Shown here piece by piece: positions 13,817 to 25,398 of a stretch of DNA of 64,000 nucleotides. The position numbers and the translations under genes were made by a program. The DNA is from Chrysomallon squamiferum. Its lineage: Eukaryota > Animalia > Mollusca. Each line of letters begins with the position of its first letter. The stretch's first letter is position 1. Below the pieces are notes generated by a model. It was not told the DNA's origin. It saw nothing but the letters and a program-made list of their open reading frames with translations, and searched no databases. The stretch lies in assembly GCA_012295275.1 (NCBI GenBank), contig CM022678.1, forward strand, positions 2,542,001 to 2,606,000, in the 5' to 3' direction.

Positions 13817-14060
13817 TTTGCTGTGCCAAACAACAAAAATACTTCCGGTAATTAGAATTCTTTGGTGCAGTGGCTTTTTCCCAGCGCGCTCCGAGGAAAA
13901 GGAAAACATTTGTACAAAGAACCCCACCTCTCCTGTAAAGCTGGACGACTTCATCTCAAGCAAATAAACTTTACGTAAAATATAATATTGATAAAACTGC
14001 AGGGTAAACCATTTGACAATATATTTATTTTGTTAGTCTTATTATTATTATGAAATTTGT

Positions 14061-14108
<48 letters not shown>

Positions 14109-14903
14109 AACGATATAACAGATGGGTATCAGGTATCAAACTTGGAAATGCTTTCAGCAGTAATGACAAAAGGAAAGAAAAGAAAACTTCGATTAGCTAA
14201 TTAATCATTAAATGCTTTAATCTTATTTTATTTTATTTATATATACTAGGTCTAGTAAAAGTAGTAGCAACAGCAGCAGCCGAAGTAGTAGTAGTTGTAT
14301 AAATGTAGTATAATAGTAGCCGATGTTGGCGGTAGTGGCTTTGTTATTAGTAATTGCTGTTGGTATTGTACTAGTGTGTGTTTGTTTTTTTTTTTTTATG
14401 TTTGTTGTGCTGTTTTTTTATTATTATTATTGTTTTACAATGTTTTTTATTATTCTTTATCATTGTTGTTGGTGTGTAGCTGACGTTGTCTAGCTGGTGT
14501 TGGCAATCGTCTTCACCGTCATTTTTTCTCTCTCTCTTCTTTGTAATTTCGTTTTCTTCCAAACGCAGAAGCTGTCTTTTTATCAAACGTTCAATAACAG
14601 ATTGATTTAAATAAATAAGAAAGATATATGATAAGAAAAACATTTATTCATTCCGTTTGTCTATCCAAATTGATTATCAAAAATAACAATACCATGACAT
14701 CTTGCAAGTTAGCAGTTGGATAAATCTCAGAAAAAAAAAAACAACCTGAGGACAATATAAATAATAATAAATAAATAAATGTTCTGTTATTTATTTTTTA
14801 ATTTTATTTTTTTCCGGATTTTTTTAATTTTTATTATAGGATTTTTTTTTTGTTTGTTTGTTTGTTTGTTTCTTGTTGTTGTTTTTTACGACAATTATTG
14901 GCA

Positions 14904-16105
14904 TTAACCGGAAAACAGTTTACTTAAAAGATTGATAAATTCGGTTTTTCGCTTTTGAGACCAGTTTTGTATTTTCGTGCCAAATCCCTTGGCTTTATCG
15001 CTAGCTTTTTTCGCTGCGTCAGAAATCGTTTTTCCCACATCTTTAGCTTTGTTGACAACGTTGTAGGCGGTGTTTTTCACTTGCTGACTCAGACTGTTTA
15101 GTTTCTGAACAATACTGTCAAATAAACCTCGTCTGCTAGGTCCGCCATTACCACCGCCATTTTGATCCATGTTGTCGTCATTCACAATGATATTCATTTC
15201 CGAAAGTGCTTCTTGTATTTTTTCAATTAAATTCTGATTCCTGTCTTGAAACTCGGTCAACAAATGTTTGATTCCATCGCGCATGGATTTTAGATGTTTT
15301 CTTAGTTTTGAATCTGAAGAGACAAATAAAAAGTTTTATTGATAGATAGACAGATGGATAGATTAGTTAAGTTCATTTTTAAATGTACATAACTAAGCGT
15401 TTCTGCCATATAAACATACAAAGTTGTTTTTATTACTAATATAAGAACACGAAGAAAAAAGTAACATACTGAATGGATTTTAGCCAGCAAAAACAATCAG
15501 GAAAAAAAACAAATAAATAAATAGATAAATGCATTCAAGAATTGGTTCCATTTCTGACATCAATACCGTGGTAATCACAAAAAGGATATTCACTAAATTT
15601 CTTAATTTTCAAAAATTGACATTAGTATTCAAAATAAAGTTTTTTTTTTTTTTTCTTCTGTTGTGTTTGTTTGTTTGTTTGTGTGTCTGTTTGTTTTGGG
15701 GGTGTTGACGCTATAATGATGCTAAGGATAAGCTGAATACTTCGTTGTGAAAAAAAAAAGATTTTCTGAAATTTTGATAATTAAATAGCTCTCATCTTCC
15801 TTATTTTCTTCTAAAACAACAAACAAGATAACGTTACCCGTATCGGCAACTGAAACATCTCCATCGTCAATATCGTCAACGTTTGTTTCAGTACCGTCAG
15901 TGTTTTCATTTATGTCGTCTACCTTCACGGGTTTACCAATTTTATTGTCTTCTGCTGCAGAAATCTGTTCAAGGTTTTTCAACTCTTCCACCAATTTTAC
16001 AGCAGCATCGAAGTCCTTCTGTCTGACATAAAATCCATCTGCCGTAGCAAGAACAGCAGCGACGACAACAACGAAACAAAGCATTCTCACATATAATGAC
16101 AACAT
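14904..16105 (-). CDS. Orphan secreted prepropeptide (225 aa): signal peptide, acidic pro-region, RR and KRK sites, cationic amphipathic C-terminal peptides ending in Gly
   Basis: Exon 1 is 16105-15838 (donor G|GTAACG) and exon 2 is 15313-14904 (acceptor TTTGTCTCTTCAG). Phase 1 joins correctly (678 nt). N-terminal hydrophobic signal MLSLYVRMLCFVVVVAAVLATADG. TATAAATAG at 16170-16162. Confidence 0.85.
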
Positions 16106-17132
16106 AAATATGTTTTCAAATCTTCACTTCAGAGAAAAATGTGAAAGTTTATTTAGTCCTTCTATTTATATCAAGAGCAAGAAGGGCCTATAGGCTTTTC
16201 ATATGAATCATTCAACCTTTTTATATATATATTTCCTGATATTATCGTTTATAATTCCTAGGGGCAAAGACCTAATCACTTCTTAACATCAGTATTATTC
16301 AAATTTATTTTCATAAATAGTTATTACTGTCTTCTTTGCCTCTGCTAAGTTAATAACATGGAAATAACAAACATCAGGCGTTAAAAACCAGATAGATTTC
16401 GGTAATGCAGTGGAAACTTTCTTTGGAATAAATCTTGATGTTGCCCTAGACACAGAGAAATACTGAACATTATACCCTCTTTTCGGCACCTTTTAACACT
16501 GTCAAAAACTATGATTTGAAACAGTAAATACAACGAAAACCAGACAATAACAAAAATCATGTTGTGAAACATCATTTAATAGTTTAAGAGTGGCAAAGTT
16601 ACCTAAAAAAACAACAACAAGTACACAAAATAATCAATATAATTATACACGTATGCATAAGTAAAGAAATGAATCAATAAATCGATAAATCAACAAATCA
16701 ATCAATAAATAAAAAATAAAAATAATAAAAATAAAATATATAAAAACTGCATCTTTCTATCATTACCGAATTACGTTAAGAATCAGTTTATAGGTAATCT
16801 GGTTAACTTATGTTAATATAAAACATCTAAAATTGAACTAAATGTTAAGAAGTAATTGCACTGTCCAAAAATTTGAAAAAATAATGGCAGTGACTGCCTC
16901 CAAACTATGGTCAGGTGTTAAAACCGTCACATTAATAAAACAAACAAAAAGCAAATAATTATGTTGTTTCCTGATTGTGTACAACGGAATGAAACGAGAC
17001 TGTGTTCTCATTAGAATGTTTCAAACAAAGAAAGAAAACAAAAACACCTCTGTGATATTTTAAGTTTATAAGTTCGTGACATTGCATTTCTTTTTGTCTT
17101 ACTGTTCTTTGTCTTTCTTTCTTTTGTCATTC

Positions 17133-18014
17133 TCATCGTTTTTTGTTGTCCAATTCGTCCTGATAATCTAGCAAAGCTTCAACCAACTCCGAAGCGTTGT
17201 TGATTTCTTTTCCGTGTCTTCGTTTTGTTTCGTCTATCACTTTCATTACGAAACCAATTTTATATCCATATTCAAGAACTGCTGCGACCATTGCAGTGTT
17301 CTCGGTGTAGTGAGCGGCGCTGTCAACGTTAATAACACCGCCAACAGCGCCTAACTCTTCATCTTCCTCTTGTTCTTTGAAATGATCTTCAAAACTCTTT
17401 CCTTTCTCGAGCTCGCTGATCGATCCCTTCTGTTTACGTTGTTTTCTTCTGTGTGCGAATTCGCAAGCTGGTGCAAACTGGCGGTGGACATCGGCCGGGA
17501 CGTCGTCATCCTCCCAGTCTCGGAGTGTGAGACCGCAGTGGAAACACCTTGCCCTATCTGCCGACCCCAGGTAAAAAAAACCTTCAGCTGCCATTGCTGG
17601 TGGGCTTTGCAGTTCTGCCTTCCGCGGCCACGAACCGTAGCTGTCTACTCTGTTCTGGAATTCCTTGAATTCGGGGTACTTCGGCGGTACGGAATCATTT
17701 CCCACTTCGTACGCGGCGTCAGCGACAGTTTTCCCGTCAAACCATTTCTTGATGAACGCGCACTGTGGGGAATAAAGTTTGTGCATTTCTACAGCGTCAT
17801 CGTCGTCTCTCCAGTTGTAAAATCGGACGTTGCACGCGGGACACACAACCTTGTCTGCGTCTCCCGTGTAGCAGAACCCGGCTACTGCCAGCTGATACGC
17901 AGTTTTCTTCCCGTTCCAGCCAACAAATGTTTTGTACCTTCGTATGATGTTCTCTGCTTCTTTTGAAGAAGAGTTGATTTTGTAATAATTATTGCAGTTG
18001 ACTAATTCCGCCAT
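17133..18014 (-). CDS. Intronless inhibitor of apoptosis protein (BIR-BIR-UBA-like, no RING), 293 aa
   Basis: Two complete BIR domains with CxxC..H..C zinc ligands (CPAC..H..C; CFHC..H..C) and R..TF/SY..W and GF.Y.G..D motifs. C-terminal UBA-like helices (AAVLEYGYKIGFVMKVI..NNASELVEALLD). First ATG at 18014; the ORF-track start at 18038 is a GTG. Confidence 0.93.
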   Translation of the reverse strand: MAELVNCNNYYKINSSSKEAENIIRRYKTFVGWNGKKTAYQLAVAGFCYTGDADKVVCPACNVRFYNWRDDDDAVEMHKLYSPQCAFIKKWFDGKTVADAAYEVGNDSVPPKYPEFKEFQNRVDSYGSWPRKAELQSPPAMAAEGFFYLGSADRARCFHCGLTLRDWEDDDVPADVHRQFAPACEFAHRRKQRKQKGSISELEKGKSFEDHFKEQEEDEELGAVGGVINVDSAAHYTENTAMVAAVLEYGYKIGFVMKVIDETKRRHGKEINNASELVEALLDYQDELDNKKR

Positions 18015-18063
18015 TGTTTTTCTTAATTGTTTGTGCACACAGAATTTCGATTTGTTTCGACTT

Positions 18064-18109
18064 CCTTATAAAAGCTGCCGAGTTCTAAAAAAAAGAACTG
18101 GGTTTTCCC
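18064..18109 (-). promoter_or_regulatory. IAP core promoter: TATA-like box plus NF-kB/Rel site
   Basis: Minus-strand TTTATAAG at 18072-18065, about 50 nt upstream of the ATG. GGGAAAACCC (plus-strand GGGTTTTCCC) at 18100-18109 fits the GGGRNNYYCC-type kB consensus. Confidence 0.6.
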
Positions 18110-18183
18110 AAAAAATGTTTCCATATATAGCAATTCCTATCCAGGCTATTGCTGTTGAAACGGTTCATTAGTAGCACGCGAGA

Positions 18184-18236
<53 letters not shown>

Positions 18237-18358
18237 TCAGAGAGAGAGAGAGAGAGACGATAATAATAATAATGATCTACTTCACAGAACTCGTCACAGA
18301 TTAAAACTATCCACTAACACTATCAGTCTTTATTTTTACATGAAAGTAGCAACACTGA

Positions 18359-18404
<46 letters not shown>

Positions 18405-18860
18405 GTCAACAACAACAACAATAATAATAATAACAGCAACAACAGTAAAGATAACAGCAAAAACAATAATAACAACCTAAAATATAAATAAATAAATAAA
18501 TAAATAGATTTTTTATTCTTTCGTTAACTAGTTCAGTGTCACAGTAACAACTAAACGTCGCATTCACACACTGAGAAACTCTTACACTGTTGGTTGTCAT
18601 ATTTCCGTTTTGTCTCTTTGACAAACAGGTAAACACAAAAGCTAGAAACCAGGTAAACATAAAACCTAGCAACCACGTCAAACATCTATCCCGTTAACAG
18701 ACTTTTTCTTTTCTATTCTTTTTATTCCTTCGATTTTCTTTCCTAAAAATTATAAAATTAAGTCTGTTCGTCTAGCAGTCTGTCCCAGTTTTTAAAATAA
18801 TTATAATAATAATAATAATCATAAAATGATGTAATCACAGATTATTACACTTTTTAAGTA

Positions 18861-20262
18861 TACTGAAGTACAAAAGAATATTTCTCTTTATTTATACAAT
18901 TTGTACAACGTATTTTAAAACACCATGTAGTCGTAACGAACTAAAGGCAACCCTGTTGATGTCTCCAAAACTCACCAAAAAACGTTATTCAGTGTTTTGT
19001 GAGAATTTAGCGAAAAACCCGATTTTCTGCAACTAGACATGCAATTTTGTTCATGCAGTATAAAACTCATTGGTGATTGTGCGGAAGCATTTAGGTTTTT
19101 ACAGAAAAACACAAGTTAAATGCCCAGATTGTCTGCAGCACAACGAAAGATTTATTGGTGGGGCACAGACTGGGGCTTCGAGCAGTCGTATTGCTCGAAC
19201 CTTTGGCTGCTCAGTGCAAACCATAAATAAACTCTGTAAACGATTTAACCAGTCACGTGATCGACCCAGAAGTGAAAGACCAAGTGTGACCACCCCAGGA
19301 GAAGACCAGTAGCTGCGCGTTCTCCACTTACGTAACAGGTTCATCACGGTGACGTCATCGGCATCAACAGCATCAGCAGGAACACAGTGACGAGGCGACT
19401 ACGTGCTGCCGGTATCCGGGTCTAAAGACCATTTCGCGGGATGTCCTTGACCCGTCAACATCGTATGAATCGTCTACGCTGGGCAAGGACAGTACGTCGC
19501 TGGCAACGTCGTAACTGGGTACGAGTGCCCGTCACTGATGAAAGCCGCTTCAACATGTTTCGTGCAGATGGCAGAGTGAGAATATACAGACGTGGAGGTG
19601 AACGACTGGCTCCACAATGCATTCAAGTAGTCCATCCCTACGGCGGCGGTGGTATCGTGGTTTGGGGAGGCATTTGTGGGGATCAGAGAACCCGCCCAGT
19701 CACCATCCAGGGAAATCTGACAGCTCAGTGATATATAAAGCAAGATTTGCAACCGGTTCTCCTTCCTTGCTTACGGCCGGGGTTCAGATTGCAGCAAGAC
19801 AACGCCAGTCCGCGTACTGCCAGAATCAACATGGACTTCATTAACCTCCATAACGTTCACGTACTGCCAGCACGCTCCCGTTTGAACATCTATGGGACCA
19901 GCTGGGAAGACAACTGAGACGTGGACCACATCAACCAGCCGATCTGCAGTAGCTGGAACAGGCCCTGCAAGAAGTGCGGACACGGATCCCAAATAACGTC
20001 ATCCAACGGCTGAGAAGGAGTGCCAACAGAGGTCATACAAGATCGAACATGTTCCATTCACTACTGTGATAAACTGTCGACTTTGCTTATGGAATTTTCC
20101 ATTTATAAATCGCACATATTTGAATGAATCTCACGCTGTTAATATTGTCGCTGAAGAATGGCACATCGAGTATCAATACACATTTTCAGAGCGTGCAAAT
20201 GTTTTGTTGTTTTTGACTTATAGGAATTATTCTGGGTGGAAACTTTTTTTTGTATTTCATTA
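18861..20262 (+). mobile_element. Defective Tc1/mariner (IS630-Tc1) DNA transposon, ~1.4 kb
   Basis: Imperfect TIRs TACTGAAGTACAAAAGAATATTTC / GAAACTTTTTTTTGTATTTCATTA with TA flanks. Transposase from ATG 19120 (MPRLS..IARTFGCSVQTI..DRPRSERPSVTT..TDESRF..GGGIVVWGGI..QQDNA) is broken by frameshifts and stops, and the SPDLNPIE region is deleted. Confidence 0.92.
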
Positions 20263-20371
20263 TATTTGTTCATGTAATTTTTCCACACTGATTACAAAAT
20301 TAAAAATCGAAAAGTTAAACTGATATTAAGCAGAAGACGTTTTATTTATGTATTTATTTATTTATCTGTTT

Positions 20372-20407
<36 letters not shown>

Positions 20408-21969
20408 ATCTCTGCAAATTGACCGTAAGCAACAACTGGATGGTGCTGTTCGAAGGAGTAGAGGAAATTTCAAGTAACAAATAAGAACGGAAGTCATTCC
20501 TCCATCGTTCGCAACGATGTAAACTAAAATATAAACGAACGATAACTTTGACATGAGGCCTTAAAATATTGGTTAGTATAATATTAAATTATTTAATGAT
20601 AATACTTTTTCATTTAACAATAATTATCAGGAAAACATATTTTCATTGCTTTTACAATGTTGTTAATAAAGATAGGATGCTCAGCCTACGGTAGTGATCA
20701 AATGTAGTTTGTAAAGGTACTCAACTAATCTATAATCTAATAATCATAATGTAATAATATTAATACAAAATATATATATACTAATAATTAATCTGCTGAT
20801 CTTCGTCATAATATTTATTTTGTAATACTAAATGTTACAAAAAAAAAAAAAAAAATCAGAAAAGTTCATTATATTTTACGTTTACGCAAACAAACCTGAC
20901 ATTATTGAGCATTTATATACACATTTATTTATTTATTTAGTAGTAGTAGTAGTAGTAGTATCACAAATTAATTATGTCTGTTTCACATATATGCAGCAAG
21001 TGGTAGTAGTCACAAACAGACATGGACAACATTCCATCTTTAAAAAATTCTAGGAAATGAAATTCTGCAATGCATCATAAGCCTAAGGCCTTCAAAAAAA
21101 ACAACAAACCAAAAAAAACATTGCTAAAGTGTATGTGTACCAGGTAATCATTTTAATATTCTTGCTGACCATATCAAACTGTCATGCAATGAAAAAAATA
21201 TAGTAATTTCCATTCTGCTTGTTTGGGGGAAATTGTGGAAAAGTGTTACTGTTAATAAATATTATTTGTTTAATTATCATTAAAAATTTATTGCTAAAAT
21301 GGGGATTGAGTAAATGAAATCTGGCCAACCCTTTTCTTTTCTTTTTTTTTTAAATCAGTTTCAATTCATTTTGATGTATAAATTACTTGTATTTCTTGTT
21401 TATTGACCGAAAATGTGTCATCAGATTAACGAAGTAAAAATCTAGCATGTACAAAATTCTGTTTAAACTAAAACTGTCTGAGTAGATCTTTACTCAGGCA
21501 AAACTCGGTAACTACCAAACATATTCATATTTCAATTTTCATGAAAATGTGAGTTACTTGATATTTTTTTCCAATGGATGGCAGTACTGAAATAAAATTT
21601 ATTTTCCATGATGTTTTCTTTTTGTGTTATTGTCTTTTTAAAAGAATTATAAAAAATTTAAATTTGTATTTATTAATATTGTTATTGTTATCATCATCAT
21701 TATTATTATTACTTTTATTATTATTATCATTATTTTATTATTATTATTATTTTTTTTATTATTATTATTATTATTTTATCTTTTTATTTTATTTTATTTT
21801 ATTTAAAAAATTTTTTAACAGTACAGTTATCCTAATTATGTCTTGATAAAACACTTATACCATACTATATTTTTAACACCATTGTTAATACCATTCATGA
21901 CATCGTTTTACCTTCCATTAATATTTCCGTCAGTGTTAAATTTTATTCATTTCAGAATGAGCTCACAGT

Positions 21970-22609
21970 ATGAGTGATTTCTCAACCAGTACAAATATAT
22001 ACATTGGAGGTCTGAAACCGGGAGTTGGTAGTGGAAAACTAAAACGTCATTTCATTACCTTGTTCAGACAGATTGGCATCACTGTTAGAAAGAGTCAGAT
22101 TATCATAGTTGATCGAAACCCCGAATACGTCTACGCATTCATCAACCTCGAGGACGAAGAGGCCGTCCACCTTGCGCTTCATCACCTCCAGACGCCAGAG
22201 CGACGCGACAGTGTCACTTTTAATTTCAGTCTGATAAGTGATCAGGTCAGACAGTTGAAATTCGACTATCGCAAGAGCAACAAGAAAAAAGACGAAGGTT
22301 ACATCGTCTCAAATGAGCCGAGCGTCGCGTTTGAAGACTCGCTGTCCAGTTTGATAAAACCAGCACTCTTCAAAAGAACTTACAAATTCAGAGAAAAGCT
22401 GGGCAATGAAACTCGCAATGCCGAATTCAAAGAAGGTAAGTTTATGGAAATGAACAAGAGGCAGATCATTCTCAACACGGTTGGTAAATACGTCTGCAGT
22501 TTTCTCAACAGTGAAGGTGGAACGTTATACATCGGCGTGAATAATGATGGTAAGCACGATGTTTATTTATTTTTTATTTATTTATTTATTTAATTTATTA
22601 TTTGTTAGT

Positions 22610-22640
<31 letters not shown>

Positions 22641-22757
22641 AAGTTTATTTATTTAGTTATTATTTGTTAGTTGATTTATTTATTTATTATTTTTTATTGT
22701 TAGTTTATTTATTTATTTATTTTATTTATTTATTTATTTATTTATTTTTTATTTATT

Positions 22758-22796
<39 letters not shown>

Positions 22797-25040
22797 TATT
22801 TTTTTTTTTTTTTTTTTTTTTCATTCCATTGCATTATATTCTATTCTGTTTTATCTTGTTTTGAAGTACAGAATAACCAGGAAATCTGGAGTAATTTTAT
22901 TTTGGAGATAAGTCGCCAACCTCGAAATATGTCTCATAAAATCCAAACATCAGCTGTTAACACTCTCAGTTGATTAATCAAATACACTGCATGTTCTTCT
23001 CCTGTTAAAATATCATAATAGTAATTTAGAATTGTGTTCTTGTTTCAAAGAAAAGCAGTTTCCATTTTTGTTAATCAAATCTGTTGTTTTTGTTTCTAAG
23101 AAAGAAATTTTAGACTAATGTTGTCGTGTTTTTTAAGAAAAGTGTTTTTGGTGGTTTTTTTCGTATGATTAAAGCTTTTTTCTAAGAAAAGTTTAGTGTT
23201 CTTGATTCTAAGAAAGGCCGAATGTTTTTTTTTTTTTTTTCTTTTTTTGATGAAAATCACAAAACTTAAAAGAGTTATCTTTCTTGTTTCCAGGAAGAGT
23301 TGTGGGTATTTCGTGCAGCCAATCAGAAGAGGACAGATATCGTCTGCAGATAGACGATGCAATAAAGCGAGTGCATCCTCCTCTGTTTCCTAGCAACTAT
23401 AAAGTGGACTTTATTCCTGTTACAGATGCAGATGGCACTTTCATACGTAACTTATTTCAAAAGTTATAGTTTCATTAGGTTTTTAGAAATCTGAGTCTAA
23501 GCACATGTTTGTGTTGCTTATTTATTTTTACACATCTGTATGTATATATAATTGTAATGTAAATATACTAAGTTTGAAGGTGTTTTGAAAGTTACTGATG
23601 AAATATGTTATTTATTTCATCTAAAACTTACATTTTTGTTATCTGAAAGTTAATATATTGCATAAATATCTTGTAAAATATTTATATATATATATATATA
23701 AAAAAAAACTAAATTCTATGACATATAAACCATATATATGACCATATGATAATCTTCAATTTAATTCATATTGAACAAATCATTTAATGAAAAGCTTCTT
23801 TTTATGGACCAAGGCTTAAATACACACACAAAATATTTTTAATAAAACAGTAATAAAAAGTAAAAAAGTAAATTCTATGGCACGTAAACCACACATATGA
23901 CCATACGATAACATTCAATTTAATTCATATTGAACAAATCACTAAATAAAAGCTGAATGACTCTATATTCTAACCGACTGTTTAAGACATGTTCATGCAT
24001 CATCAGAATGGAAGAATCCTCTCGGCGCTTGTTTGATTTGATTTGGTTTACTTCAGATTTGAAAGTCGTCGAGATCACAGTCGACAAGGCGACAGGAAAC
24101 AGCCAGCTGTACGACTTCAATGATGAGGTCTATGTGAGGAGGGACGCCAGCATTCAGTGTCTCAAAGCTCGCGAACTTCAGGAGTGGACACGCAAGGTCT
24201 TTTTTTTTTAAATTTATCTTCTTGTACTGTTACTACAAAGACCATGATAAATAATCAAATGTAAATCTGTGTAGACGATTTTAAAGTTAACCTTTGGTGG
24301 ACACCTAGAAATGGTTTGAATATATTCTGCATATTCCACAGTTACATTTTATTTGTTTCTTGTTATGTTTTACTTCTTGAAGCATAACAGTGAAAAAGAA
24401 AAAGTACAGGTTTAATAAATATCCTGATTGTCACCATTTTACTATGGCTGTGACATCATGGTACAGAGTAAGAACCATTTTGTTCTATGTTATGTTTTTT
24501 TTTTTTCTAATGTTAGGATAAATACAGCTTTAGCTTATCAGTTTGCAGTGTGTTCCAACACCAGCTGTTAAGAGTTAAACCAACAGCTCTGTGATCTTTT
24601 ATAACTGTTTTCTTTTTCTTTTATCAGACTCTGTTACAAGTTGGTCACCCAAAACAGTCAAAATAATAACTTAGAAACCTAAAGAATTTTATTAAACCTT
24701 TTATTAGTACAACCACAGTAACACTTTGAAGTTTTAATCTTATTTTTTCAAGAGGTGACTATGTTTGTTTGGTATCTGATATTTACGTTATGAGTTGACC
24801 TGTTAAAATAATTATTACTACTACTACTACTATCACTATTATCATTATTTATTATTATGATTATAATTATTGTTGTTGTTGTTGTTGTTTTCATTATTGT
24901 TATTATCATGATTATTAGTAGTAGTAATAACAGTACTTATTATTATTATTATTACCACTATTACTCTTACTAGTATTATTATTATTATTATTACTATTGC
25001 TGTTAGTTATTATTATGATTATTATTACTATTACTGTTAC

Positions 25041-25107
<67 letters not shown>

Positions 25108-25398
25108 GTTATTATTATTTTTATGCAGCAAGTTGAGAAGGAACATCAGCAGCAGTTGGAGGTACATGAGCAACTACAACATTTTTCAGCTCAGATGCAG
25201 ATGCTGTCATCTGAAGTAGGTAAACAGAAAACCGTTATTCCTGAAGAAGATCAAGCTTCGGAAGAGGACAGAAGATACAAAAGTCTGCAGACGAAGCTGC
25301 AGCAGATTGAGGAAAAAAACTCTGAACTCGCTGAAGAGTTAGAAAAGTTAAGAAGACGAAAAGAAAAGAAAAAGTCTAAATTGTGCTCCATAATGTAA
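21970..25398 (+). CDS. SLFNL1: Schlafen-like protein 1 (SLFNL1)-like: RRM + Schlafen AlbA_2 domain + coiled coil + polybasic CaaX, 4 coding exons, 380 aa
   Basis: Exons 21970-22549, 23294-23446, 24057-24196, 25129-25398 (1143 nt, phases consistent). RRM motifs IYIGGL and YAFINL. AlbA_2 motifs ETRNAEFK, YVCSFLNSEGGTLYIGVNNDGRVVGI and YVRRDAS. C-terminus is RRRKEKKKSKLCSIM*. A probable non-coding first exon lies near 20488-20572 (CGGAAGT, GTTAGT donor). Confidence 0.85.
23711..23954. repeat. ~85-bp direct duplication inside an SLFNL1-like intron
   Basis: AAATTCTATG...TTCAATTTAATTCATATTGAACAAATCA...AAAAGCT occurs at ~23711 and ~23870. Confidence 0.75.

Noticed and set aside
15722-15837. 127-aa ORF read-through past the exon-1 donor, including an apparent 27-nt GT..AG mini-intron
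   Set aside because: 27 nt is too short for a normal intron. The phase-compatible acceptor at 15313 gives a far more coherent protein.
17370-17966. 198-aa plus-strand ORF
   Set aside because: Antisense shadow of the IAP CDS with a non-ATG start and no motifs.
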